Assembly: GCA_000165425.1 (NCBI GenBank)
Contig: CT868141.1
Span: forward strand, 523,887 to 562,444
Reading direction: 5' to 3'
DNA length: 38,558 nucleotides
DNA from: Paramecium tetraurelia
Taxonomy: Eukaryota
Positions 1 through 13,405 of the stretch are shown one piece after another. The translations under genes were made by a program, and so were the position numbers. The notes beneath the pieces were generated by a model that saw only the letters and a program-made list of their open reading frames with translations, was not told the DNA's origin and did not search any database. Positions within the stretch are counted from its first letter, which is position 1. Each line of letters opens with the position of its first letter.

Positions 1-2563
1 AATGCCTTGATTAGAGATTGCTACTTAATAATCTCATATATGTTATGCTAAATTTTGCAAATTGAGTTCTTGGAACAATAACAATCTCCAGTATTTACCA
101 TAATAATTATTAGGAATATATGCTCTTCTTCATCATAAGATTGTTGGTACTTATAACAGTTTTATAAAGAAGCCCAATTCAAATCAGCATATTTTTTATA
201 GTCTATCTCTACTTATGCATTAGATTAGAATTTTATGCTAACTTATTCCCTTATATTGGTTTGGTATTCGTGCCTTTAATGTTCAAAATTGACAAGCACG
301 AATAATTACTATCTAATTTAATTACTGAATTTTTCAAAGGAACAATAACTAATGCTATAATAATAATCGATGCTTAAACAAAACAGCCTCTATTTCATAC
401 TAATTAAATTGAATCTGAATTTAACTATTCAATTGCGAATCAAAAGCACTTTATTAATACCCTGGAATAATTTTAAGATTCAACCCATAAGACATTAAGT
501 TCTGTTTTTGAGGAATAAAAATTATAAACAACCTCTGGAGAATTGGCTTAATATTGCAAACTTCAAGAAATATCAAATGAAGACTATTCATTTATGGATT
601 CCCCTCAACATAAAAAGGTGTCAACATTTATTCACGATGAAATTAATGAAGATAGATAAGAATTAGTTATTGAAAGTCCTAAACTCTAGGGTAAGATACT
701 ATAAAATTAGCACTCGAATCAATTTAATGATGATACTCCTTAATTAGGAAAGAAGAGTAAATTTGGACAATTCAAAGACAGTCAATATCATTTTGATACA
801 TTCAACGAATTAAAATAAAAAAGATTAAATATATAAGTCTAACATTGCATTTGGGATTATAAGGAAGCATTTATGATATCATTGAAAGATTTGAGAAACT
901 AGTAGATGATAGAAATATTGAATGATGAATTAGAGGAGAGTAGGAGATAGAATGAAAATAAGGATTAGATATTGGCCACAGTGTTTCATGATTTTAAGAC
1001 ACCAATTAATGGCATCTCAACCATAGTGGAGGCAATGGAAGAGAAATTTGATATTAATTCATAATAGAAATACTATTTAAGAATAATAAAGAAAAATGTA
1101 TATTTGATGTTATACATGATTCAAGACATTTTGGATTTTGCTAGAATTCAAAAGAATTAGTTAAGATTAAGCATTAGCGACTTCTATTTAAATGAAGTAA
1201 TAGAGGAGGTAGTTGAATTGGTGGCGATCTAAGCAGAATAAAAAGGAGTTGTCATAACTACTCATTATGATCTGCCTACATATCAAATATATAGTGATCC
1301 AAATAGAATTAAGTAAGTCTTGATGAATTTTATTTCTAATTCATTGAAATTTACAGAATCAGGATCGATAACTATATCAGTATCTTCCCATTAGACAGAC
1401 AAATCTTAACACATTGTTCGAACTGGCTCATCTAAAAATGTGTTGAGTTAATAATAGAATTAATAATAATCTATAGGCTAATTGAGGAAACAACTTTCAG
1501 GTAGATCAGTAAAATCATCAAATGGATCCAATAGGATGATATATACCATCACAATAGCAGACACTGGTTGTGGTATATCTGAACTGATAAAGCCAAAGTT
1601 ATTTAATATGTTTGCAACATTCCCAAGTAAAGAAGTCTAAAACAAATGTGGCACAGGAATTGGGTTGATGGTCTGTAAGAAATTAATCAGACTATTGGGA
1701 CCTTCTGAAAATATTGATCTTTGGAGTGAACAAAATAAAGGAACCAAAATGACATTTCAAATCTATTCTCGATTATCTGATGACCCAAAAAGATCTCCAA
1801 ATTATATTAGTGTTTTCAAATAGGAGAGTAGTTCTAAGAATTTTAACATCGATAGTCAATCCTAATTTGATGATTAACAGTCTATTTAATAAACATTTGT
1901 TCGTTCTTCATTATTGTATGTATATTCAAGACCAGTAGAAAAGCATGATATAGACTAGGATTTAGATATGCTACCTGAATATGAGGATATAGATCAATAG
2001 AAATTTCATAATATCAATTATATGAAGAATTAGAGATCGCCAACAGTAAGTAATATCAAAAATAAGGAACAAGCACTTGATGATTCCCAAGATATTATCG
2101 ACCCAAGAAGTCGTTTATAAAGAATATTATAAAATAAACCAAATTTTTCCATTTTGATTGTTGATGATCAACCCTTTAATGTATTGGCTTTGAAATTGTT
2201 ATTATAAGATATCTCTTAAAACATCACCTTTTTAGAAGCATATAATGGTTAATAAGCTATCAATAAACTAATAAGTTTCTAAAAATAAAAAAATATCAAA
2301 TATATTTTTATGGATTTATTGATGCCAATACTGAATGGTTGGTAAGCCACAGAAATGATTAAAGAAATGGTATATTATACATATATTATTCTTGTTAGAT
2401 ATCCAAAAAGTAAGTAGATGAACTCAAAATTATAGCCATTTCTGGGTATGATGATGAAAATGAATAAGAAAGATGTGGAAATATTGGATTTGATGCCTTT
2501 ATTACCAAACCTGTGAAATTAGAAATGATTGCAGAAGTATTTGTGTAATTAGAGAAAGTTTGA
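1..2563 (+). CDS. Membrane-anchored hybrid sensor histidine kinase / response-regulator receiver (5'-truncated by the window)
   Basis: Code-6 translation gives N-terminal hydrophobic segments (LFFIIRLLVLITVL, ISIFFIVYLYLCI, LFPYIGLVFVPLMF), H-box LATVFHDFKTPING (~972), N-box DPNRIKQVLMNFISNSLKFT, G1 IADTGCGI, G2 GTGIGLMVCKKL, and receiver motifs ILIVDD / IFMDLLMP / FITKP. Introns 91-113 (23 nt) and 2370-2398 (29 nt) restore the frame. TGA at 2561-2563. Confidence 0.93.
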
Positions 2564-2700
2564 ATATAAAGTTTTGTATTATTATTACTGATTATATATA
2601 TAAAAATAAATATTCAAAATTTATATATTTAATTTGTTTTATTGCTGAGAAATTAAGTTTTATATTTGAAATACTCCTCTAAAGATATTTATTAATTAGG

Positions 2701-3864
2701 ATGTCTTATGAAAAGAAAGACGTAAGATTGTATTTTGATGAAAAAGGCAATGTTGGTTATGCTAAATTCCAAGCAAGATGGGATGGATTGAAAAAGCTCA
2801 AAGTCAACTTAGGCAATAAGCATTTCACTTAACAAGTAGTCGAAAAGGCTAAAATACTTTCTCGAGAAGATTAATAAAGACCCTTAGACATCATGATTGC
2901 AGGATTGACCAACGATGATAGCTCTGGTGGTATAGCTGCCACAAGACCTGAGGATTATGATTTCTTCCTCTTTTACTTAGAAACTCACATTAGAGAATAT
3001 CAAAAAATCGAAGGCTAAACTAAATAAGGCATGACTGGATTATCCCTGTTGGTGAATATGTTCTTACAAAGATAGATCCAAAACTTGAAAAAGTTTCAAT
3101 GAGAGCTAGACTAGAAATGTAGCTGGATACAACTTGCCTTCATCTATGGACAAAGATGAGAGAATCAAATTTGAAAACCAAATGGTTGAACTCTTTGAGA
3201 AATTTTGCTTCCCTGAAAAATATCATAGTTTAACATCAGGGCATAAAACTTTATTTCAGATTAAGAAGCTCATGTTCATAGAAACAAGCACTTCCTTTTC
3301 ATTAGTATGACACATGATAATTATTTAATGTCTAATGGTGTTGCTTCTGATTGGCCATGTGGAAGAGGAATTTGGATCAGTGAAGATGAAACTAAAATGG
3401 TTTGGGTTGGAGAAGAAGATCAATTGAGAATCATTTCCATTTTCTAAGGAAATGATCTTAGTAATGTAGACTAATCATTACATGAATTATTAACATGAAT
3501 ACAAAAGAGTGGATTGAAGTTTGCAGAACATCCACCTTATGGTATCATTACCACATGTCCAACAAACATGGGAACAGGAAAAGATAATCTATTTTAGGAA
3601 ATTCCAAAATATTACTAAAGGTGGAAAGGATGAAGCTAAATTGAAAGATTTTGCTAAGTCATTAGGATTATAAGCTAGAGGTGTTGGCGGAGAACATTCA
3701 ATATGGATAGCGAAGGAACTGCTGATATTTCACCATCTGCTGGATTTGGTGTTACAGAGGCCACAGTTACCAAAAGATTGTATAAAGGATTGATCAAATT
3801 TTAAGAGATTTAAAAGAATGCCGTCAATGAAAAAGAAAGATAAAATTGTTGCAATAAATTTTGA
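2701..3864 (+). pseudogene. Arginine kinase (ATP:guanido phosphotransferase) pseudogene
   Basis: Phosphagen-kinase motifs SMRAR..RN, DWPCGRGIW, WVGEEDQLRIIS, TCPTNMGTG and RGVGGEH are recoverable only with about six frame changes (~3029, ~3111, ~3248, ~3582, ~3600, ~3701). There is also an in-frame TGA at 3496-3498. Ends ...QNCCNKF-TGA. Confidence 0.88.
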
Positions 3865-3954
3865 ATTATAATAATAGAACATTTAGATTATTTATATTAT
3901 TTCTCCATTTCTCTTTCTTTTTGATATAAATATATATAACTATATATATGATCA

Positions 3955-4911
3955 TCATTATTATAATTATTATTTTTGTTTTTTTTATTGAATTTTTGTA
4001 TTTACAATTTCTTGTAATCTTTTGAGTTCTTTTTCTATTTAATCTATTTTTGCTTTTTGTTATTTAGTATTTTATTATTTACATTTACTCTTTTTTTTTT
4101 TAACTTAATCATCCTTTGCTTTCTATTACATTATTTGATTAAATAAATTATCGCATTCTATTTATTCTTAACTTTAAGATTGTATTTTTTGCATTAGAAC
4201 ATCATTTTCCTGTTTTTATTTTTATAATTCTATTTTCAATGTATCCAATTCTCCCCCCATTTATTTTTATATTTTTTCATTCGCTAATTTTAGTTATTCT
4301 AATTCTTATTTATAATTGTTTAATAATCCTAATACATTAGTTCTACTTTAAGATAATTCGTTCTAAGACATATCAATTTACAATAATTAATTATGCATTG
4401 ATAGTAAATTTTGATAAGAAGCTTCTAATTCAATCTTCTCTTATTGAATTTACTCATTTTATTATTATTTGTTTTCTAATTGTTGTTACAACTATGCCTT
4501 CTCATTTACTAGATTATTAAACTATTATAAACATTAATCTTCCTATTGAATAGTGTTCATCAATTTTATTCTTGCTTTCTCTCCAAAAGATTGTACCTTC
4601 TACTCAAATTAGGATGACAATTCAATTTGTTATAATTATAATTTTTGATTTAATCTTTCCTAAAAATCAAGCTTGATATTTTGCATCTATAATTGAACCT
4701 ATTAAATTTGTTTCTTTATTTAATTATTAGATTCTTATAGAGATTAATTTCTTTATTGAGTCTATTAAATTAATTTATCATAATTTGTTTATCGATCTGA
4801 GTTATTGTTATTTACGATTCCCCTTGATTGTAAATAATCATTCAATTATTGATCAATCTATTACATAACCTCATGTGTTTATTCAAAATTAGACATGTTC
4901 TATGAAAACAT
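3955..4911 (-). CDS. Gln/Glu/Lys-rich coiled-coil hypothetical protein (~318 aa)
   Basis: Uninterrupted code-6 ORF from ATG 4911 (MFSQNMSNFEQTHEVMQQIDQQLNDYL...) to TGA 3957-3955, with heptad-like L/Q/E/K composition and no recognisable catalytic motif. Confidence 0.75.
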
Positions 4912-4958
4912 TAGATGGATTCAAAATTTATTATAATTAAAAATAATAAGGAAAATAA

Positions 4959-6418
4959 TCATTCAAAATTAGGCTTATTGTTAGTTGATTTGATCTTGAG
5001 TAATTGTGATTTTCTGATACAGAATTCTTTTCTTTTTTTCAAATTTTCTTCCTTTTCTTTCTTGGCCTCTTGATTGAGGTCAGATTTAAGAGTTTAAAAT
5101 GTATTCATGTATTATTAAATTTTACCTCTAAAGGTTTTCGGAATAGACCCATTTTCAGAAGAAGCATCCGTACTGCATCTTAATGAGGTCATACTCATTC
5201 TTTACGTTGTGGCTCCCTTATTAGTTTAAAATATGTGATTTCCTTTTCCAAACGTAATAAAAGGATGCTCCAATGCCTCAGCAGACGATAATCTTAACTT
5301 ATTATCCTTACACAGGGTCCTTTTCAAAAAATCGATGCAATTTTCAGAAACATTCAAATTGATTAAGCTAATTCTGCCATCATAATTTTTTTAGACTAAT
5401 TCTTCATAATTATTTGATGCAAATGGCTCTTTACCTGTTAATGCAAGGTATGTAATAATTCCAATACTATAAACATCTACCTTCAGATCATATTTTTTAT
5501 CTTGCAATACTTCAGGTGCAACATAACCAGGGGTTCCACATCTGTTATATAAGTACTTTCCTTCTTTAGTGAATTTATCTGCCAATCCTAAATCAATTAA
5601 AGAAATAGTCTCAAATGCATCTATTTCTTTTAGCATTATGTTTTATGGTTTTAAATCCCTATGAAAAATACCTTTAGAATGCATAAAACTAATTGCTGTG
5701 ATGATTGGTTTTATTACTTCAGCAACTTGATTTTCTTCTAAACCATATCTACTCAAAGAATGATGAAGTTCTCCTCCTTAATATAAATCTGTAATAAAAA
5801 TGATATGTTGTTTGTTTTCAAATACTTCATAGAGTCTAATAATATTTTGATGTTATAATAATCTTAGATAATGCAATTCTTTATTAATAGCTATAATTTC
5901 TGTTTCCTCTAACAAAATTCTCTTTTTTTCAAAAATCTTGGCAGCATAATTTAGTTTATTTGTTTTATTAGTAGCTTAATATACTTATGCTGCTATTCCT
6001 TATCCAATTTTCTTTACAATTTTATAAGTGGATGTAAAATCTAATTATATAGTTAAGTTTTTAAATGAGTCTATCCATTCTTAAGTATCTCCATAGATTT
6101 CAATTGAGTGATCATTCTTTTCCAAAACAAATCCAACTACTTCATTATGTTTAAACAATATTTTCAGAAAGGAATTGACTAGGCTGATGTATTTCTAATA
6201 TTTCATAGAATTATTACATGCTTAGAATACTAAATATGAGAATCCCCTAATGATAGGTTTTTTGTTTTTGATTTGTTTAATGTTTTAACAAAAAAGGTTC
6301 TTTAGTTTTTTTACTTAAAAAGATTCTACAAATTATAACACCAAAGACTTTGACCATCATTAAATACCGAATCTCTATGGCGAATTGTCTCAGCCATGCT
6401 GTATTATTAGTATTGCAT
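4959..6418 (-). CDS. Ser/Thr protein kinase (CAMK-like) with N-terminal extension
   Basis: Motifs IGQGIAAQVY, YAAKIF, HRDLKPQN, IDLGLA, CGTPGYVAPE, DVYSIG and RLSSAEALEHPF. Intron of 23 nt at 6195-6217. Start ATG is 6418 or 6397; TGA at 4961-4959. Confidence 0.92.
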
Positions 6419-6544
6419 CAAAGAATTTGCTAATTTATTTTTAAAGAAATTAATAATCCATCATATCTTGTATCTCTAAATATACATATTTCAGAATTAG
6501 TTCAAATAATCATATTTAGCTATTCTAATATAGATATATATAAT

Positions 6545-9500
6545 TCATTTTAAAATTTGACTGATTCTTTATTATAATAATTCATATGATTCTTGTTCCT
6601 CTTCCTTTTACTTCTAAAATGAATATTCCATAATAGTCAGGTTCAAATTCAAATCTTGGTTCAATAATTTCCATTTCTCTATTTGTTCTTATATTTACCC
6701 TAATTCTTTCAATAATTGTGAAGGCTCAATTATTTTCTTATTTGATTATCGTTCATTCTTTGAAATAAAATAATCAACTTCCTACTCCAAATTACTCAAC
6801 AATCGTAATTCATCAGTTATTGCTATGAAATGGGCACCATTGTCAATTAGTTTTGAATATAAAGTTTCAAGTAACATCCTAAAAACTATTCCAATATATA
6901 ATTATACTTTCGTATCAAATCTATTTTTTCATATAATTACCCAACAACTTTTTACTCTATTTACTTTTCTACAATCTAACCATTTTTAAAACTCAAAGGT
7001 CTAAAAAGTATCAATCTTAATCCAATATAGATATTTTAGAATTTATTTTTAAAATGTTCTTAATATTAAAAATTCATTTTATCTAAGAAGCTTGATTCTA
7101 AGAATCTCTTTTTGTATTTTGTTTCTAAATAATCTTCAATTTCCTTCCCAGTAATAATAGCATATTCAAAATTAATGTAACAAAGTTTTTTAAATGGTGA
7201 TAAGTAATTTCTTCTTTCATCTAATGGTTTTAAAACTAATTCAGCCAAGATCTAAAAATCTTAATCCTAACTTTCATATTCTAATTCTTCTGCCATTTCA
7301 AATAGTCTTTCACTTAAACCATCCCATAGTAATCCAGCATTTAAAATTATAGATGATAAAAGTCTTAAGTATATAGAATAAGTTCTTTAATCTAACTAAT
7401 TTTTAATTTATTCGAATATCTTTTCAACTAATTCCTTTTAGATTTTAATATTTAAATCCTTCGAAGAATTTTACTCTTAGACTTTAATTTGATAATAATT
7501 CTCAGGAGTAAGGTTATGCTATAAAAATTTTAATGATGATTCAGTTACTAAAATAGTATTTACATTATTATACATGGCATTATAGAATATTAAAATCAAA
7601 GTTATTAATGATAAGTCTTTTAAAATTTACTATGGCTATAAGTATTCCTTTTATAAATCATGAAATTTAAAGTAATCCTTACAAGCATCTAAAGATAAGC
7701 AATGGTTTGTAATTTATAAATAATTGATATAATGAATATAATTATCGAGGTAGGTTTGTTTTTGAACTGATTTTAAATGTTCAATGAACCTTAATGATAA
7801 GTGTTACTCATGAGAGATATTTTGGATGCATACCCCAATCATTATATAATTATGCATTTATTACATTTCAGTTTCTTATAACCCTTTAAAAAAATAATAG
7901 GTTGATAATTCAGCTAGCATTTTTTTGGTTAGTATTAATCTTGGTTCAGCACATTGAGAGATTATTGTAAATAATGAATCAATTATTTAGAATTTTACAC
8001 ACTTTTCTAAAAAAAAGTCATAATAGACTTCCTAAAATAATGAAAACTTTTTAATTCCTTCAGGAACCTCGATATTCCCTTTAAATTTTACTCTTAAATA
8101 TGTGAAATGTTAAATTATGAAGGGGGCCTTTGAAATGTTTTGTTATTCTCGGTAAAAGTATTTTCTACTGTAATTCAATAGAAACTCTTTTAGATAATGG
8201 GAAATAATATTTAATACTTCCTTTGAATTAAATTGGTAAACTAATTTTTGATTATCTATTAATTTGCAAGCATTTTAATTTATTAAATTAAACTTAAATA
8301 ATATTGAATTCTTATGTATAAAAACAATAGATTAGGATAATTAATTTAATGTTAATTTCGAAGCAATTCTCAACGAAAATACACATTAGATAGAATACAA
8401 ACAAATAATTTAAGAATGTAAGTCTTAATTGTATTTACAGAGTTCAATACAAACTTAAATAAATCGAATGAAATGTTGATATTCTACATGACCCAATTAA
8501 TTTAATTGTTAATAAATAACATGATTTTGAATCCTGTCTATTTCTACTATTATTTTTAAGAGAATTATGCCAACTAATAATTGTTTATTTTAAATAACAG
8601 GATTAACTTATTGTTAAAATTGTAAAGGGTTAATATTTTAAAATAGGAATTGGATTTCGTCTTATGTCAACGCTTGATTAGTCTCAATTTTACTTTTCAT
8701 TGATTCAATCAAAGCAAATCCATCAATATACTTTATCTAATCTTCTAAACACTTTCCTTATTAAAAATAGAGATCCAATTAAGATATTATATTATCAAAG
8801 CCTATTTATGAATTTGTTTGGAAAAAAACAAAATTTACTTCAGCTTCATCTTCCTTACAATATTTGAATTATTATTAAGATAAATTATTTTGCGATAATA
8901 TTTTTTATACTAACTAAATTCCTGATTCATAAAATCCTAATTAGCATAACTAAAAAGTTGGTTAGAGATAATTTTTTGTTGTCCAATTGCAAGGAACGAT
9001 TTTTAAAATATCTCTTTTTATGGTTTGATCTCTAGATATTTAGAGTTTATTTTCATTATTAAATAGAAGTGATTCTTGATAAAACATTCCAATTATTCTT
9101 TTTGTCTAATCTTTTATATTCAAGCATTCATACAATAATGCTAAAAATGAATCCAATTTATAATAAGTGAATATGTCCTATAATAGTTATATTTTTAGTT
9201 TAATCATAAACTAGGATGTTGAATTTTCATGTTTGAGTATTTGTTTCGATACTTCTATATTATAATTTATGTGTATTTTAGTCATTAACAAAAGAATATC
9301 ATCTTAAAAAAGATGGACAAAATTAAATATCTAATCCAATAGTTATTCTTACTAACAGATTTCTAATTTTACAGAAGTAAATAAAATATGAAGAATACCC
9401 TTAAATTATTGAATGTAATCTGGTACATTTTCTGTTAAAAGTGATAAATCAAATGTTAAATCAGAAGGTTTCAGTAATGAGAGTTTTTAGATTAATAAAG

Positions 9501-12500
9501 GAAACCAGATATGAAATTTAGCTTAAAATAATCGTTGATTAAGTTATGATTTTAGAAAGGCTAGAATAGAAACGAATAAAATTGGATTACCAAAAGATTC
9601 AAAAGAATTTAAACAACGTTCATAATTTTAGCATCTCCAATGGAGAATTCCTGCTAGAACTTACTAATTATTTACATATTCCATTGTTGTTAATGCTGAT
9701 TTCCAAGATTAAGCTTGCAAATAGTATTTTAAGGAAAGTTAGTATCTTCTTCCTGAAAAATAGCAAGCAGCTCCTTATTCTAATTAAAATGCTTAGATGA
9801 ATTTTTCGCCTGCTTGTTAAAATAAATCAAAATAGTGTTATTTTTAATGAAAAGTGTTATTTTTTTTAATTTAAGCATTAGAGCTTATTTGTGACTCTAA
9901 TTTAAATAACCCTTATTAAGCTTAAGTTGCTAATAAAAAAGCTACTGCTTAATACTCCATAGATTAATTCTTCGAATATTTAAAACATTTTGCAGCTTAC
10001 TCATAAAATTTTAACTAGAACATTTTGATACCTTAATCATCCCATTCTTTTTCAGTATTTTTAATAATAATGGCCTGTTCAATTTTAATAGATTTATCGC
10101 TATTATCCTCAAATATAAGAATATTAACTAATTTTAATTCTGTCCAGATTTTTTCTATGTATTTTCTGGAATTAGGATTCTAATCATAAATAAATATCCG
10201 TTTTCTGGCACGAGTAATAGCAACATATAAATATTTCAACTCAATGCATAATATTTAATAGGTCTTAATATCAACTGCATATAAATTAGGTTTTGGTCTA
10301 AGTTTATTCTCTCCATCAATTTATTCAATTGTTAAAGATTTTAATAATTCCCATTGATTTTAAGGTATAGAATCGTCATCGAAGAAATTATAAATAATAA
10401 CATCATCAAATTCTAATCCTTTACATTCCTAGATATTTAATACTATTAGATGTTTCAAGATATCAGGAATATCCTTATGGTTTTTTGCTAAAACTGCTTG
10501 ATAACATCCAAATTCAATTCTACCATCATCTTGACCTTGCATTAAATAGAGGATTGAATTGATATCTTTTGATGAAATAATGGTTGGTTTTGGTCCTGAA
10601 TCTGCAGATTATTCTTTTTTTAGACAATCTATTGTTTTTGGATATAAAATCTCAATGATTGATATAACATTGTTGGCCAACTATAAAATATCATTGTGAG
10701 ATCTAAAATTAATTGTCAATGAATATGTTTGAAAATCTTTCATTCCAAAAATTTGCTATTTTAAATCCTAAAATCTAAATCCTACACCTTTTACAATATT
10801 TTATGCTGTATCCCCTGATAGCATTATTCGTTACTCAGCCAATAAGTTGAATAAATATAAAGTAGCTTAAGTGAAATCCTAAACTTCATCAACAAATAAG
10901 AAATGCATATTAACACCCTAATATTCATATATTTTTATCTTTTAAATTATGTAATTAACCAGATCCATCTAATCAAAATAACCTTGTTAACTTTTCCATT
11001 TTTCATATAACATAAAGTAGGAATAAACCTTTAATAATGTTAACTAATCTATTTCTTATTATTATTGATAATTTAAGTAAATTTATTCCGGTAGATAACG
11101 ATTAGGATATGTATGACTAAATTACGATCCTTTGATTATTGAATATATTTAACACCATACAAAATTACAAAAGGATATTTCCTCTTCTAAATTAAAATTA
11201 TTTTTTCTTACTGTAATCCAGAAGGAATGGCAAAAGTATTCATGATCAACTTCATATAGTTAAAATTACTATTAACTATTTAAGTCTGTTTTAAATTAAT
11301 TTAATTTGTATTTTTCATTTTGATTAATAATATTTTAATTAAAAACACTTTCATTGTCTTGCCATCCTGCATTATCGATTTTTCTTTTATTAAATTTTAT
11401 TTATTAAAAAAAGGGACTTTTTAAAGAATTATCAATTAATATTAAAAACTAATTTATTGGCAAGAAAGCAGGAAAATCAGTCTCTTTTGTATTTAAAAAG
11501 CTTTATTTATCATCAATTTGCCAACTGTTAAATTGTTTATTCAATTTTTATAACAAAATCCTTACTTAATTTATTTCAATGCTCTTTAAGTTATTATAAT
11601 TATTTGATTTATAATTTTCACATATCCTTGAATTCCCAAAAGAAAGTAATTTCTTAAAATACTTTCTCATTTCATTAACTAATAAGGAATTTGAGGTAGT
11701 AAACACAATATTAAATTTGGTCTCTTATTATATATTCTATTGGTATGAAATCTCAAATAATAATTATTGAGATAAAATTTTAAGTATTGTGCAAGTGGTT
11801 TTACCTGTTCCACTTCTTCCAATAACCAAAGCATTTGAATTAGTGTCAATCACTTATTACTCTTAATCAGTTGTTGTTATTAACTGCTGTTATTCAGACA
11901 TCTAATAAACAATTTCCAATATCTCAGATAGCGATGATATGTTTTACATTGACTCCAAAATCGAAACATCTCTTTCGATCCTCTATTACCCTATTTCTCT
12001 TTACTTAATAAATTATTGTTCACTCGAATAAAGATAGAGGTCATCAATTTAAATTAAATTATTTATGTCATTTATTTTTTGATCATCAAATATGTTAGGA
12101 TAAAAATAACACTACTTTTAATAATGATTTTAAAATTGGAACACGCTCCAATTTTAATCTAAATTTCTTAAAAATAATTGGTATATATTTAGAGATTTTC
12201 CACTCTTATCAAATTATCCATTAACTTAACTTTCTTTCAAATTAACTGGAAATTATTTCCTTGGATCCTATGCATTTTTTATTTAAAATTCCGAAAATAT
12301 ACTATTAATTATTGAATCCTTAATTTAGTCTTTGATCAGCAAATCTATAAATGTAATTGTGTGGATAAATTGAAAATGTTCAAACTAGAATAAACTTTAA
12401 TTGTACTTAATAACTATCAAACTTTGGTTTTCTTATCACTGCACATTCAAATAAAAGTATTAATTATTTATCTTTATTCGAACTAGTAAAAAATACTTAA

Positions 12501-12884
12501 TACATTTGCATTTAAGACAAAAAATACGATTTCGTTTATATGCTATCCTATTTATAAAATACACCATTTGACAATTAGCAAACTTAAAAGAAAATTTCAT
12601 TATAATATTTCTTGAAGTCTCTTATTTTTGTTTTGAATTATTCTTTGAAAATAGATTTAGAATTTACATAAAAAAATCACATTCCAAATGCAACCATCAA
12701 AAATATCATCAAAGCTTAAACCTTATGATTCTAAATCATTGCCCAGAATTAAATTCTCAATAAATACTTAGTCTTCTATTTAAAATTAGGTTTATTTCAA
12801 GATTTTGTCCCTTAAATCAAGAATTTTAGGATTTATAACCTTTGATTTCAAAGCTTTAGATCGTGTTTTATTTTTTTTATTCAT
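6545..12884 (-). CDS. TRANK1/LBA1-like UvrD (SF1) helicase with downstream TPR-like helical region (~2087 aa)
   Basis: Walker A VIGRSGTGKTTC (~11791-11826), Walker B FVDEVQDFT, GDTAQNIVKGVGFRF, LTINFRSHNDILQLAN, ECKGLEFDDVIIYNFF and ELKYLYVAITRAR, followed by TPR-like helices (YEQAAKCF, QAGEKFIQA, GAACYFSG). Introns at 12643-12667, 12385-12406 and 6879-6907 give a consistent frame; the middle was spot-checked only. Confidence 0.9.
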
Positions 12885-13405
12885 AATTAATTTATTATAT
12901 GGAAATAGAAGTGCAAATTCATTCCAATAATTTGAAATATCAAATGCTATATTATAAATGTTAAGTAATCAATTGGATTTTTGTATTTATACAACATTAT
13001 GCCCATTTAATGTTACTTAACAATCTCAATTTTTAGTTAAATTATTTGATTTACTACTAGTTTTAACTTAAGACTATATGAATTTATAATACCTCTGAAT
13101 ATAATGATTTTTATTAATAATGTTGAATTTTATATTAATTTTACAATTTAGTCACAACTTTCATCTTGAGAATTATCTATTATGTCAGCTCATAATAATT
13201 AAATTTTATGTTAATAAATGGTATTGAAAGTTAAATAATTAATAAATTGATCTAAAATAGACAGAAGGGAAAGGGGAAGGTGTTTGAAAATACATTAATT
13301 TAATGTTTATCGATTTGAATTTTTCATTATAATAATAAAGATTTATATAACAAATTATAGAACACATAATCCATATGAGATTATACATTTTATTTCGCTT
13401 TCATT

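Noticed and set aside
691..710. Intron-like GTAAG...TTAG 20-mer in the histidine kinase
   Set aside because: The frame is open through it and splicing would cause a frameshift.
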